Part shown: piece after piece, positions 38,395 to 49,625 of the stretch
Numbering within the stretch: the first letter of the stretch is position 1
How the letters are laid out: the number at the start of each line of letters is the position of its first letter
Assembly: GCA_964106915.2 (NCBI GenBank)
Contig: OZ066916.1
Strand: one strand, 5' to 3'
Origin: Podarcis gaigeae
Taxonomy: Eukaryota
Length of the DNA: 64,000 nucleotides
Made by a program: the position numbers and the translations under genes
Notes under the pieces: generated by a model
Told to the model about the DNA's origin: nothing
The model's input: only the letters and a program-made list of their open reading frames with translations
Database searches by the model: none

Positions 38395-38718
38395 TGAAAT
38401 ATACTCAAGAGTCGAGAGTGGATTTCATGCTCTTTATTCAGCTTATAGTGGTGAGGAGGAATGGAAGTTCCCCCAGAATGTCTGCTTTATATACATTATT
38501 TACACAATGGCTAATTCCAGGATTCTCCTATAGGCCAATCAGGTTGTGGATTCACTTCCACTTGGAGCTGGATTGGGTGGCTCCTGTGGACCAATCAGAT
38601 TGCTGCATTCTGCAGCCAATTGTTCTAGGACCAATCAGGCTGCTGCATTCTGAATCCTATTGTTCTAGGACCAATCAGACTGCTGCATTTTGGATCCTAT
38701 TCAACTCAGTACACAACA
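38395..38718 (-). mobile_element. Solo LTR
   Basis: TG...CA ends with a 5-bp TSD CTGTG (38390-38394, 38719-38723). Read on the minus strand it shows three roughly 40-bp CCAAT-containing repeats, then TATATAAAG, then AATAAA. Confidence 0.85.
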
Positions 38719-40089
38719 CTGTGTTTTCCCTTCTTTAAACCAATCTCAGAAAACATAATGTCGAATGAGAATCTCTGCATATATTTCTGTGATCCCAAAA
38801 GTACTTTTGGGAGCCACAGAGATATCACCAGTCACTGCAACGTTTACTTGTGTATGACATCTTCACACAGCACTTCCATATGTCTGCATCTCATGGCAAT
38901 TCATTATGTATGCTCACATGTTATATTCAACAACTGTTCATTCTGTGCACACAAACAGTGCACACAAATAATTCAGCTATATACTTGCACAGTTGTTCAC
39001 ATGTAACATTCAGTGAGTGTACAGTCTGTGTACGCTTGCAAATAGTTGAGCTGATACCTGTCATTTCATCACTAACATGACTGACCAGAATGGCTCATCT
39101 GGAACAGCTGGAGCACAGATTGCTGTTTGATATTGGTAGGCAATCTTGATTTACCATTTCTATAATTAATCATTATCACATTGAATATTTGACAAATTCC
39201 AAGTTGAAAATTCAAAATGGAAGGTTATATACTTCCTGTGGCTCATACAGGCATTAATTTTACTGTCTCTTGGAAATAAACCACAGACTAAAGCTCAGCC
39301 TCTGTTAACATGCTGCCCTCCATATTTCTTGTGGTACAATTCCTAGTAACCAGCTAGCACAGCTTTTGGGAACAGAATGCCCCTGCCAGACGTGGGCGGG
39401 CAGGTCTGGAGCTGTGGTTCAGAAGCATGGCAGACGTTCAAGAATCTGCTGTTGCAATCCTTTGCCTCTGAGTCCCAGACTCTGGCTGAAGTGGCAAGTG
39501 ACAGCCCTGTGGGAGGGAAACTTCTACATACTATTCATCAAGATAAAGATCTGGTGCAAGGATAGTAAAGTAAAAAAAGAGGGCTGGGTGACCTTTGTAA
39601 GTCAATGTACACATTGTGCGAAAGTTTTTATTTGAAAACTCATTGGGCGGTATTCAGCAAATTACTTGTGTGAGTGGAATGACTTTTTCTTGTGCAGTGG
39701 GACTTCCATGCCACCCCCAATTCTGCACCAGTGGGTTGGGGGGGAGGCCAAAACAGATTTTGGGGGCACAGAAGGGAGGAGAATGGGGAAAGTCCTGTTG
39801 TGCAAATAGAAGTTGCTCCACTTTCACAAGGAGGTACTTCATGCTACAATGAATACAACTCAATCCTATCCTCCATTTCTCAGTGTCTGTCATAAGTCAC
39901 ACCCTCCCCTTCTGACCTCACAGAAATTCAAGTGCCAGTTACAGGGCTCTAGCAAATGGAGGTGGTTTAAGTCCAAGGCTTTAGCCACCAGAACCCACCA
40001 GTCCTCTTCAAGCTCCTCATCTTCCTTCCACGAGGAAACTAAAAAGTCCAAAACTGCCAGATGTGGGGGATTGACTGTCCTACCTCTGG

Positions 40090-40565
40090 AACACATGGGA
40101 TCACACAACCTCAGATGCCACAACAACATTGGGACAAGATCAGGGCAGTTGTGATGTCAAAGCATTATATGATGGTGGTAAACATTAAACAGGTGCTAGA
40201 AATCAGGGCGATAGAAGCAGTTCTACAGGACCAAAAGATTTACTTCAATTCTTTCTTAGTTGGCCAAGAATAGCAGGGAGCTCAGGCTCATCTTTGACCT
40301 AAAGCGGCTGAGTGACCTAGTCCCAGAGGAAGAGGCATGTTCTGATGCAAACATGGAGATGGCTCATAGCACCCACAACAGAGGGCAACTTCATGGTGCC
40401 CATTTACCTGACAAATGGTTTCTGTGCTTTTGCTACTGCACTTCCAAGACAGAGCCCTACCATTCAGATTCACTTCAGCATTTAGAGCAGTTACCAAGAT
40501 CCTGGTGGCATTGGTAGCCCACCTGACAAAACAAAGGGTGGATTATTCTATGTTCATACCTAGAT
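40090..40565 (+). mobile_element. Decayed DIRS-type (tyrosine-recombinase retrotransposon) reverse transcriptase relic
   Basis: Frameshifted motifs appear in the correct order: WDHTTSD, IRAIEAV, YFNSFLV, AKNSRELRLIFDLKRL, HFQDRALPFRFTSAFRAVTKILVALVAHL, YLD. They match DIRS RT consensus blocks (W..ITSD, GAIE.V, FLVPKK.G.LRPILDL, FQF.ALPFGL.SAPR.FTK, YLDD). Confidence 0.72.
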
Positions 40566-41904
40566 GTCACATGGATCCACTCACCATCCACAGAACAGAG
40601 CCTCTGGGGTTTTCCAATGACACAGGAGTGCCTCAGGGCACACAAGTTTGTAGTGAAGACTGCTAAAAGTGCTTTGGTTCCCATGCAAAGTGCAGAGCGT
40701 CTGAGGGTCACTATAGACACGGTACAGTTCCAAGTGTCACCTTGGTTGGAGAGACAAAGGAAGCTATAGGTCTTGGTCCATGTTGTACTGGAAGGCAGAA
40801 GGCATGGCTCTGGCACAACGGCTGGGGATGGTGATATTGTGCCAGGACTGGAGTGGTTGAAGTTTCATATCAGTGTTTAGATGTGAATCTAAATGTGACA
40901 TTATAGCACTTATTAGATGTGAATCACAAAAACATAGAACAGGAGATAAAACACCAAGGAGCCCTTCTGCTGGTCCAAATTATCTGGGGAGCAAGTTAGA
41001 GGCACCTTACTTTTCAGCTCAGTCAAAAGTTGGTGGGTCCTGCTACTTTCTGTGTGTGGGTGGAATCCAATCCTGAACAGTTTTCAGAGTACCATCTGTG
41101 AGTCATGGTAAGTAATTTCCTTTTCCCTGTCAATAGCTCATCTGTCAAAATTAATTTTGCTACAATACTGTTTCCAGTTACCCGGGAGTAAGCCCTATTT
41201 AATGCAAAGAGTTTTATCACTGAGTAGGCATGAATAGGTTTGCACTGTTCATCTGGCACAATCTGAGAGTCTTTCCATCTGTTACCTAAATGTAATTACC
41301 GAGCTTAGGGAATTCCACTCAAATATTGAAATGAAGATAGAATTGTTTTCAAACTCCAAGACAAGCAGTTGAGCTGCAGGTGGGTTGCCTGGAGAGTAGA
41401 TGTGATTAATAAAAACAAACCACTAGGAAATTAACTTGATGGATGAGGAAGTAAGTACACTTGAAGGTTCCACAGGAAATATTGCTAAATAAGAGGGAAG
41501 GAAGAAAAAGTAGATTACACACTGGTGTGTTTGCAACTTGATTTTCAAAGGACTAAGGGCGTTTTCACAGGTGAAGCTTAAATTGGATTTTCCTTAAATA
41601 TGTTTATAATGCAAATGCCACACAATTAGTTCAGGAAAGGCTAATAGGCACATACTAATTTTAAATATGAAAGCACTCATTGTGCATGGCTATACTGCAA
41701 AGTAAATCAGGAGCACCACACGACACGGATAGCAAGGAGAAAACTGAAATTCAGGGTGCATAAACCACAACAAAACCTATACTGGAAAAGCTCCCCCCAC
41801 CTACCACAGAAGAACTGGTCTGAGTCACACACAGCATAAGCACATGGCTATAGAGACTAAGGGACAAGCCTTGGCTGCTAAACCTTAGGAAACCAGAGAG
41901 ATGC

Positions 41905-42060
41905 CTTATGCCATTCATCCCTCTAGTTCAGCATCATCTAGTGACTGGCAGCACCTATCCAGGGTTTCAGGCAAGAGTCTTCCCCAGCCCTGCCTGGAGA
42001 AACCAGGGACTGAACCTGGGACCTTTTCCATGCAAAGTATGTGCTCTGCCACTGAGCTAC
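41905..42060 (-). mobile_element. tRNA-derived squamate SINE (non-Sauria family)
   Basis: The minus strand reads GTAGCTCAGTGGCAGAGCA...GGTTCAGTCCCTGG and shares its body with 31530-31670, 43582-43760 and about 48075-48240. Confidence 0.7.
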
Positions 42061-43274
42061 AACCTTACATGACTTTCCCTGCGGTATGCTGTATTATCCC
42101 TGGGTTGTTCTGGACACAGCACAGAAAGATCGTTGGTTTCTGTATGATCCACTCCAGGCCAGTCATAGATAGAATTGCCATCTGGCTGTTTTGCTATCAC
42201 TTGGCTAGACTTGTTAATGCTTGAGCCAGCTGCTTGACATTGAAGAAGGCAGGAGAGGGAGTCTGGACTATCAGGCATCCACAGCCCCTTCAATGGATAA
42301 TCATGACTCTGACATTGCTAAAATCAGACAGGGCACACAGCTACTGGGACTTACCATGTTAGGCAGATCAATTTGTTCTCTGTTGGTTCATGGTAACACT
42401 AATAATGGACATCAGGCAGCCTGGTGGACCACCCCTCTACTCGTAAAGCTGAGATTAGGAAAACCGCCATTTCAAATTCCTAGTGTAAGCACAGGCCTAC
42501 CACTATTCATCAACATCTCTGCGAACATAAATTAATAGTATCTGTTCCACACTGTTATTGTTATCAAGTGCAGTAAAAGAATGAGGATTCCTTCATGCTA
42601 CCTAAGACTAATTTAGGTCCATTAAAACTGCCTGAAGTCCATGATAAAAGTTACCATGTCTTGATGGAGAGAAAAAATGGATTGGCCTAATAAATTATAG
42701 TTTCCTGCGTTGTCATTCCATGCACATCAATGATCCATCACTTACTTCACTGATATGATTTCATCTCACCATATATTTCTAAAATCCTGAAGAACTAACA
42801 CTTAACAGCCCAGTAAATTGAACAGAGAGGCACTCTTAACTGGGAATAAATCCTATAGAACTCAGTGGGACCTACTTCTGAGTTGATATACATCTGTGCT
42901 GCAAAGCCATAAGTGAATTGAAAAATACCCTCATACTTTGACATAATGCATTACTTCCCTCCACTCCATTGAGGAAAATACAGATGGTCAAATTAAAAGT
43001 AATTTATAATACTTTGTTCATTGCCCTGTTATTCTAATCACCATAAATTACTCATATAAAGTGTGGCCATGAGCCAATATAGACTTTTAAAACCCATAAA
43101 CACAGTGGATTAGATCCAGAGGAGTGGCTGAATCTAAAGGAGTCATGATTAGTTCCACTAAAATCAATCGGACTTGTGTTAGTCATGACTAACTCATCTA
43201 ATTTATTTTAGTGGAACTGAAGTTTGACTTACTTCTTCTAGACCCAACCCACGGAAATAAATCGGCCTAAGTAC

Positions 43275-43515
43275 AACCTAGCAGTTTGAAAGCACGTCAA
43301 AGTGCAAGTAGATAAATAGGTACCGCTCCGGTGGGAAGGTAAATGGCGTTTCCGTGTGCTGCTCTGGTTTGCCAGAAGTGGCTTAGTCATGCTAGCCACA
43401 TGACCCGGAAGCTGTACGCCGGCTCCCTCGACCAATAAAGCGAGATGAGCGCCGGAACCCCAGAGTCGGTCACAACTGGACCTAATGATCAGGGGTCCCT
43501 TTACCTTTACCTTTT
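43275..43515 (+). mobile_element. Sauria SINE, 5'-truncated
   Basis: Matches the 3' two-thirds of the 15627 copy and has an (ACCTTT)n tail. Confidence 0.85.
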
Positions 43516-43581
43516 TACACCTTACAGTGTATTGCAATATGAAGCATGTCTTTCTTGTCAGGTACTCTAGAAATTGGACCC

Positions 43582-43760
43582 TGGCTTGGTGATAGTGCAC
43601 CTGCTCTGCATGCAGAACATCACAGATTCAATGTCTGGCATCTCCAGGGAAGGCTGAGAGAGATTCCTGCCGGGAATCCTGCAGAGAGCCACTGCCAGTC
43701 TGTGTAGACAATATCAATCTAGATGGACCTATAGTCTGACTCAGTGAAAAGCAGCTTCCT
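43582..43760 (+). mobile_element. tRNA-derived squamate SINE (non-Sauria family)
   Basis: Decayed A/B boxes followed by the shared body CATCTCCAGG...GAGCCACTGCCAGTCTGTGTAGACAAT...CTGACTCAGT..GCAGCTTCCT. Confidence 0.7.
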
Positions 43761-44746
43761 CTGTTGCTACCCAACAATGAGCTGCAAAACACTGTATTCT
43801 TTCTCCACAAATTCTCAAATAAAAGTTGCAAAAACTATCCATCATCCCACCTTCGGTTGTCAAAAAGAGAAGCATTTTCTTTTCAGTTTCAGACTGTGCA
43901 GTGACGAGGTGACTCTGAAGCCGCCCCTAACCAGGTTATCTCAGAGGTAAATCATGTTGTTTTCAGGGGGAACCAATTCCCAAGTAAATACGCTTAGAAT
44001 CACAGAGTAAAACAGATTATGGTCAAAGGCTTTTCTTGAGATGGATGAGAATGGCTTCCAGATGCTTCCCTAGGGTAGGGTGATTGTCGAACAACACAGG
44101 GCAGAAGATGAGAAAATATGCTGTATGGCCAACATGCATTAAACAACTATGACAGGCGACTTACTGCATGGATGACGTGAGTTTCTCTGACAGCTTAAAA
44201 TTAGTTCCACTGCTTTCTCCTGTGTTTAATCATTTTGTGTAGTGGCTCTATCAAAAGTTGCAGTCAGCTAATATACGCTGTAATCTGCCATCTCTTTCCT
44301 TCAAATGCAAGACAGAGGATTCTTCACTGATCTGGTATATGATGCAGTCTTCACTGGCTTAGCAACCATTAAGAATTCATGTACAAATGATGAATCTTAA
44401 GAGTTGTGGACAGATGCTGGTGTTGAGGTTAATAAGGAATTCTGAAGTGCTGGACCTATTGCTCATGGCAAATGCCTTTGAGGCATAAATGACAAAGGAA
44501 ACCAAACTCTTTCCAAGTAATCCGTGGCTAGATTAGTGCAGGACTGGCTTAATCTGTTTTGTTGCTTGGGGGGGGGGAATAATTTCACTGCTCCCTTTGA
44601 GCTTATTTTAGATGCTTGGTCCGTTGAGGGTGGGGGCAGAGAAAAGAGTGTGTGGTTCCTCCTGAAGCATTTTTCCTGTTCCACACAAGTGAATGGAGTG
44701 GAGTGGGGGACTTTCGCTCCATTAACTTGTAGGGAATAAGGAAAAA

Positions 44747-45419
44747 TGGACTAAAAGCTTTTCTAAACTTCAGACATTTCTTTGAAAATCGGTAACCTTT
44801 CTGCCAGATAATGGTGTTTCAGCATGTATTATATAAAATAATAATAATTGCTAGCGTGGTTCAAAATCTAGACTGTAGTGCCTATTAATATGTAATAATA
44901 TCTATTAATATGTATGATACATGAGGCAGAAATTGGAAACTTTCAGTCTTGAGCCCCTAGAATTCTGTGACCCAGGCAGCCATTTGTATTGTGTGCTGGT
45001 CTTTCTGATGCCTATTGTGCTAGCTTATTGTGCTGGTCTTCCTGATGCCTATTTTGCTAGCCTTTCTTACAGATCTTAAATTATTGGATTGAATGGCTAG
45101 TTAAAGCAGCTATGGAGAACCTGTGGCCCTCCAGATGCTGTTGGACTCCAACTCCCATCAGCCCCAGCCAGCATGAACAATGGTCAGGGAAGAAGAGTTG
45201 TACCAACATCTGGAGGGCTGCAGGTTCACTACCCCGAGTCACAGTTATTAAGGTTGTGACCCTGTGCTCACTTATCTCTTGAATTCATAAGGCTCATGGG
45301 ACTTATTTCTGAGATGGCATGTATAGTATTGCATTGTAAGTGGACTAAAAGCTATTCTAAACTTCAGACATTCCTTTGAAAATCTGTAACCTTTCTGCCA
45401 GATAATGATGTTTCAGCAT
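44747..45419 (+). repeat. 79-bp spaced direct repeat (44747-44825 and 45341-45419)
   Basis: TGGACTAAAAGCT..CTAAACTTCAGACATT..TTTGAAAATC..TAACCTTTCTGCCAGATAATG..GTTTCAGCAT occurs twice, 594 bp apart, with 4 mismatches. Confidence 0.88.
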
Positions 45420-47629
45420 ATATAGAAGGCCTAACTCATACTACCTTCCAGATCCAAATAATATTGACAGCTGCAATGCAATTATCATATATATATCATT
45501 TATAAAGCATACTTGTCTCTTGGATCCCTTTCAGAAGTGTTTGTTTCTGATACAAAACCTCAAGATTTTTCTATCATATAAAAACTGTTTGACATTCTAT
45601 TGAAAAAATATTGTTTACTGAAACCGAATAATCCCAAACAGAGGGAGGAATTTATTCACATGATATATTGCAAATTAATCTGTGGATTTGAAAGTAAGTG
45701 TTTGACCTCAGGTCAAGAAAAAGCATTTGCTAATGTCATTCACCATCACAGCAATGATGTCCTGTAACTAAATTTCTTCATTGGTAAAATTGTAAGTAAT
45801 AGAGTGCTTGCGAACTACCAACTTTCCGTAAGCCATTTAGAGAGAAACAGTTTACAGATTATAAATCAGTTGATGGCTGAAAGATACTGTATGAATAATA
45901 TCTTTTTTAATACATTCATTGCTCTTACAAAGGGAAATAACCCAGTGATGTTATTTTAATATGTGTGAGGGATGGTTTCAGCATTACTGTTATCTACTTG
46001 CATCTTTAAGATGCATGAAGGAAAGCAACTAAAGTGAAGCTTGAAACATATCTCTCACCCACACACTTTAAAACACAACTTTCTTTTTCTACCAGGTGGC
46101 CAACCCAATATGTTGATGGAGCTGGACTATGAATGCCCTCAGCTCCACAGCTAGTCCTGTCATTGGCTGTGTGTCCACCTAGTGTAGGCCTCTCTGCCTC
46201 CTGTCCTACCAGTCTCAATGGACATTAACCACAACTGCCAGATCACCTTACCACATTTGTAAGTAAGTGAGGCAATGCACAATGCTGTCTAAAGAGAGAT
46301 CCCCATAAGACCATCTGAAGTGAGAGTGAAGTGATGTACATTACCATCTAAATAAGGTCCCCTATAAGTCCATGAAGGGCAAATTCTAAAACAAATTAAC
46401 TGCATCACCATGTGGCCAGGGAGTCCTATTGTCCTCAGGTACAGAGCACAACTGTGCTAAAAGTCTGTTGCTTCCCAGTCTGGGTTCTTGTTTTGTGTTG
46501 GAGTTTTTCTTGTCTTGATAGATTTTTTCCTCCCAGGTACTTGAAATGCAACATGTTAGCAAGTGGAGGGGAAGAAGCTTTCGAAAACCAGAAGTTGAGT
46601 AATTTAACAGCTTCGGTAAATCCAGCATTGCAAACGTTCTGCAAGCTTGTACATGCTAATGCTATCTGATTGAGACAGCAAATGTCAAAGATGCACTTGT
46701 GTGACACACGCTGAATTAATGCAAAGAACGGCACAGGATCTGACCACAGTTCTCATCTTTGCTCAAGCCGAAGTGTCACATAAAGCTGTCAACACAGAAG
46801 TAAAGCTCTCCTATCCGATTATGGTGAAGACAAACCACAAGGCTTGTGTGCAGATGTGGGCCTTTTGAGGGAAGTGGGAAATGCAAATTGGGAGAAGACA
46901 AAAAAAGAGGCTGTGCTCCAAATAAAGTCCATCACACTTCAGTCTCACTGGAATCATAGGGTTAGGGTTACATGAATAGTGACCAACTTGCCCCATAGAT
47001 ATAAATCGGATTTTAGCACAAGGTGCTTTAACTGTCATAAAATCAGAGAGATTGAAGGAAACCTAAAAGCTAATCTTGTCCAGTCCCATAAACCAGGTTT
47101 CATCAACCTGGCTTGCTCCAGATATTTTCAACTAAAAGTCCCATTAGGTATTGCCCAAATGTTGATTTTGAATTTTTCTTATGGACATGCCTGGCTTCCT
47201 TTGTTTTTTATATTTTATATTTTAGCAGTTCTTGTTGCACCTGTAACTTTGTATTGGTCCTCCTCAGTTTAAAAGGGTTAAATGAATTTTTGGAGACTGT
47301 GCTCATTTGTGGACACTAACCCAGATGGCCATGTCTGTAAACTTTAAAATGATTGCACCCTTCAGGAACTTGTTATGGAACCAGCAAGAGGCATAATTAT
47401 ACTCAGGATCTGATGCAAGGAGGTAAATCTTGTTGAACCAAATGATTAAAAAAACACACAAATCTATCCCAACCACTCTGATGTATGTGAAAACCTCCTT
47501 AATCCTTAAAGTGGACATAGATCTATGTGAGCAGTTCTTTGAACAAACAAACACACATTCCTTCTATCCTAATTAATGGAGCAGACCTTGCAGTCAATAT
47601 ATTTATGTTTAAACCTTAGTGAGCATCAT

Positions 47630-47664
<35 letters not shown>

Positions 47665-49490
47665 GTGAAGCACTTAAAGTTGTATTAGCCATGCATGGGT
47701 GTCCGGTTGCATGATGATAAGTTAGTTCTATGCTTGACATACGTGTGGGTTGGAAATTGCCCAGAATCTAGTTCAGTCATATTTAAATTCAAAAGGGGAA
47801 ATTACTCACCAAGGGGAGAGGATTAGTTGAAAGGAAACAAAAATAAGAAATTTTTAAAAAAATCAGTTAGGAGAGAGCTGTATACCATACTTTAGTGGGA
47901 TTTGTTTATTTTAATGGGACCTAAATTTCAAAAGTAGGACAGAGCATGGGCACATTCCTTTAGGAGATTTAGTGGGTATATGGCCAGCATTCCTTTTCTC
48001 ATCCCAGCAACTGCAAACAGTAAGGAAACTACTTCAAATATTTACGTAAACTCACATGCAGGGCGGGGGAGAACCATAGCTTAGTGGTAAAGGGGGTGCA
48101 TTGCTTCAGGTTAATAGGTTCAGCCCTTGCCCTCTCTGGTTAGAAGGATCAGGCAGCAGGTGGAATGGAAGATCTCTGTCTGAGTTCCTCAAGAGTTGCT
48201 ACCAGGTGGAGTAGTCAGTACTGAGCCAGATGGACAGATAGCCATAGATTCATAGCATTGGAAGTGACCTCAGAGTTCCTCTAGTCTAACTCCCATCAAT
48301 GTGGAAATTCACCACTACAGTATCCCCAAATGGTAGCCTTCTAGCCTCTGTTTAGAAAATGCCAAGAAATGAGAGTTCGCCACTGAGGAAGTCTGTCCCA
48401 CTATCAAGCAGCTCATAAAATCAGGAAAATCTTCCTAATGTTTCATCTAAATCATTTTTCTTGTACTTTTAATCAACTGGCACAGGTCCTACCTACACAT
48501 TTGTGCCATCTTCTATGTGACAACACTTCGAAGATTGCCATTATATTGCCTCTTATTTTTTTCCTGCTCTAAAATAAATATACTCAACTCCTTCAAACTT
48601 TCACTATCTTTACCACCCTCCTCTGAATGAATGCCAGCTTTGTTAAACTGCAGTTCCTCAAACTAAACACTGTACTAAACACAGTAGCAAAAAGCAGAAT
48701 CTTTGTTTCATCTGATCAGGAAAATATGCTTCTGTTGATGCAACCATATTTTCACCTAGTTGGCAGAAGGCAGCCTTCCTCTATTTCCACAGGCTGACCA
48801 GAATGAGGTAACTCCAAAGCAGTGACTCATACAAAGACGCAACAGGCAGATGCCTCTGAGGCTGGGTCATTCTGCTGTGTCTCTGCATCAGGAGGGACTG
48901 AATAATTCAACCATACTTAATGCAGAGATGTAGCAGAGTTACCAGCTCCCAGAAAATGCAGTGAATCATGCAGGCACCTTCCTGGGCAGCAGGCAGCCAC
49001 CTTCCTGAATGGCAGCCACCTTGAGCACACAGGAGCTTTGAATAGTTAATTGATAATGTCTTATTGCACACACAAAGTGGGTCTCTCATTTGATTTGGTC
49101 TTGCCACTCCAGAGGGAGGTCATGATCAGAGTTGACACAAATATCATTGCAATGGCTGGGGGTGTGGGCAGTTTGCCTGCAGGCTGAGATAAGTTCTGTG
49201 CAGAATGTGTCTGAGGTCCAGACTGGACATGGCTTTAAAAGTCTTGATTTCTCTACCTAAAAAGCAGGTGCAGAAGGTCCCATTTGGATTGGGACCGTTA
49301 TGCTGGAGGAGATGTTTTTAAACAATAAACAATAATGTGCTCTTCTGCCATTTCTCCAGTTTAAATCCACCCAAAGCTGTTATTAGCTGGAAGGGAGAGG
49401 GGGAGAGAGAGAGGTACAATGTGAGCACATATTCCCTTTAACTGTGGCTAAAAGAATATTTAGAAGGCAATTTAAATTAGTGGGACAGTG

Positions 49491-49625
49491 GAAGCACCAC
49501 AGCACCAGCCAGCACCACAGCCCTGCACCACAGCCCTGCAGCTTATCAGACCTCCGCCAGCACCACAGCCCTGCAGCTTTTCCGCCAGCACCACAGCCCT
49601 GCAGCTTATCAGACCTCCACAGCTG
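49491..49625 (+). repeat. Short GC-rich tandem repeat (GCACCACAGCCCTGCAGCTT units)
   Basis: Several imperfect copies of CAGCACCACAGCCCTGCAGCTT(ATCAGACCTCC). Confidence 0.8.

Noticed and set aside
38588-38700. Regularly spaced roughly 40-bp repeats, superficially CRISPR-like
   Set aside because: They are head-to-tail tandem copies without unique spacers, inside a eukaryotic LTR.
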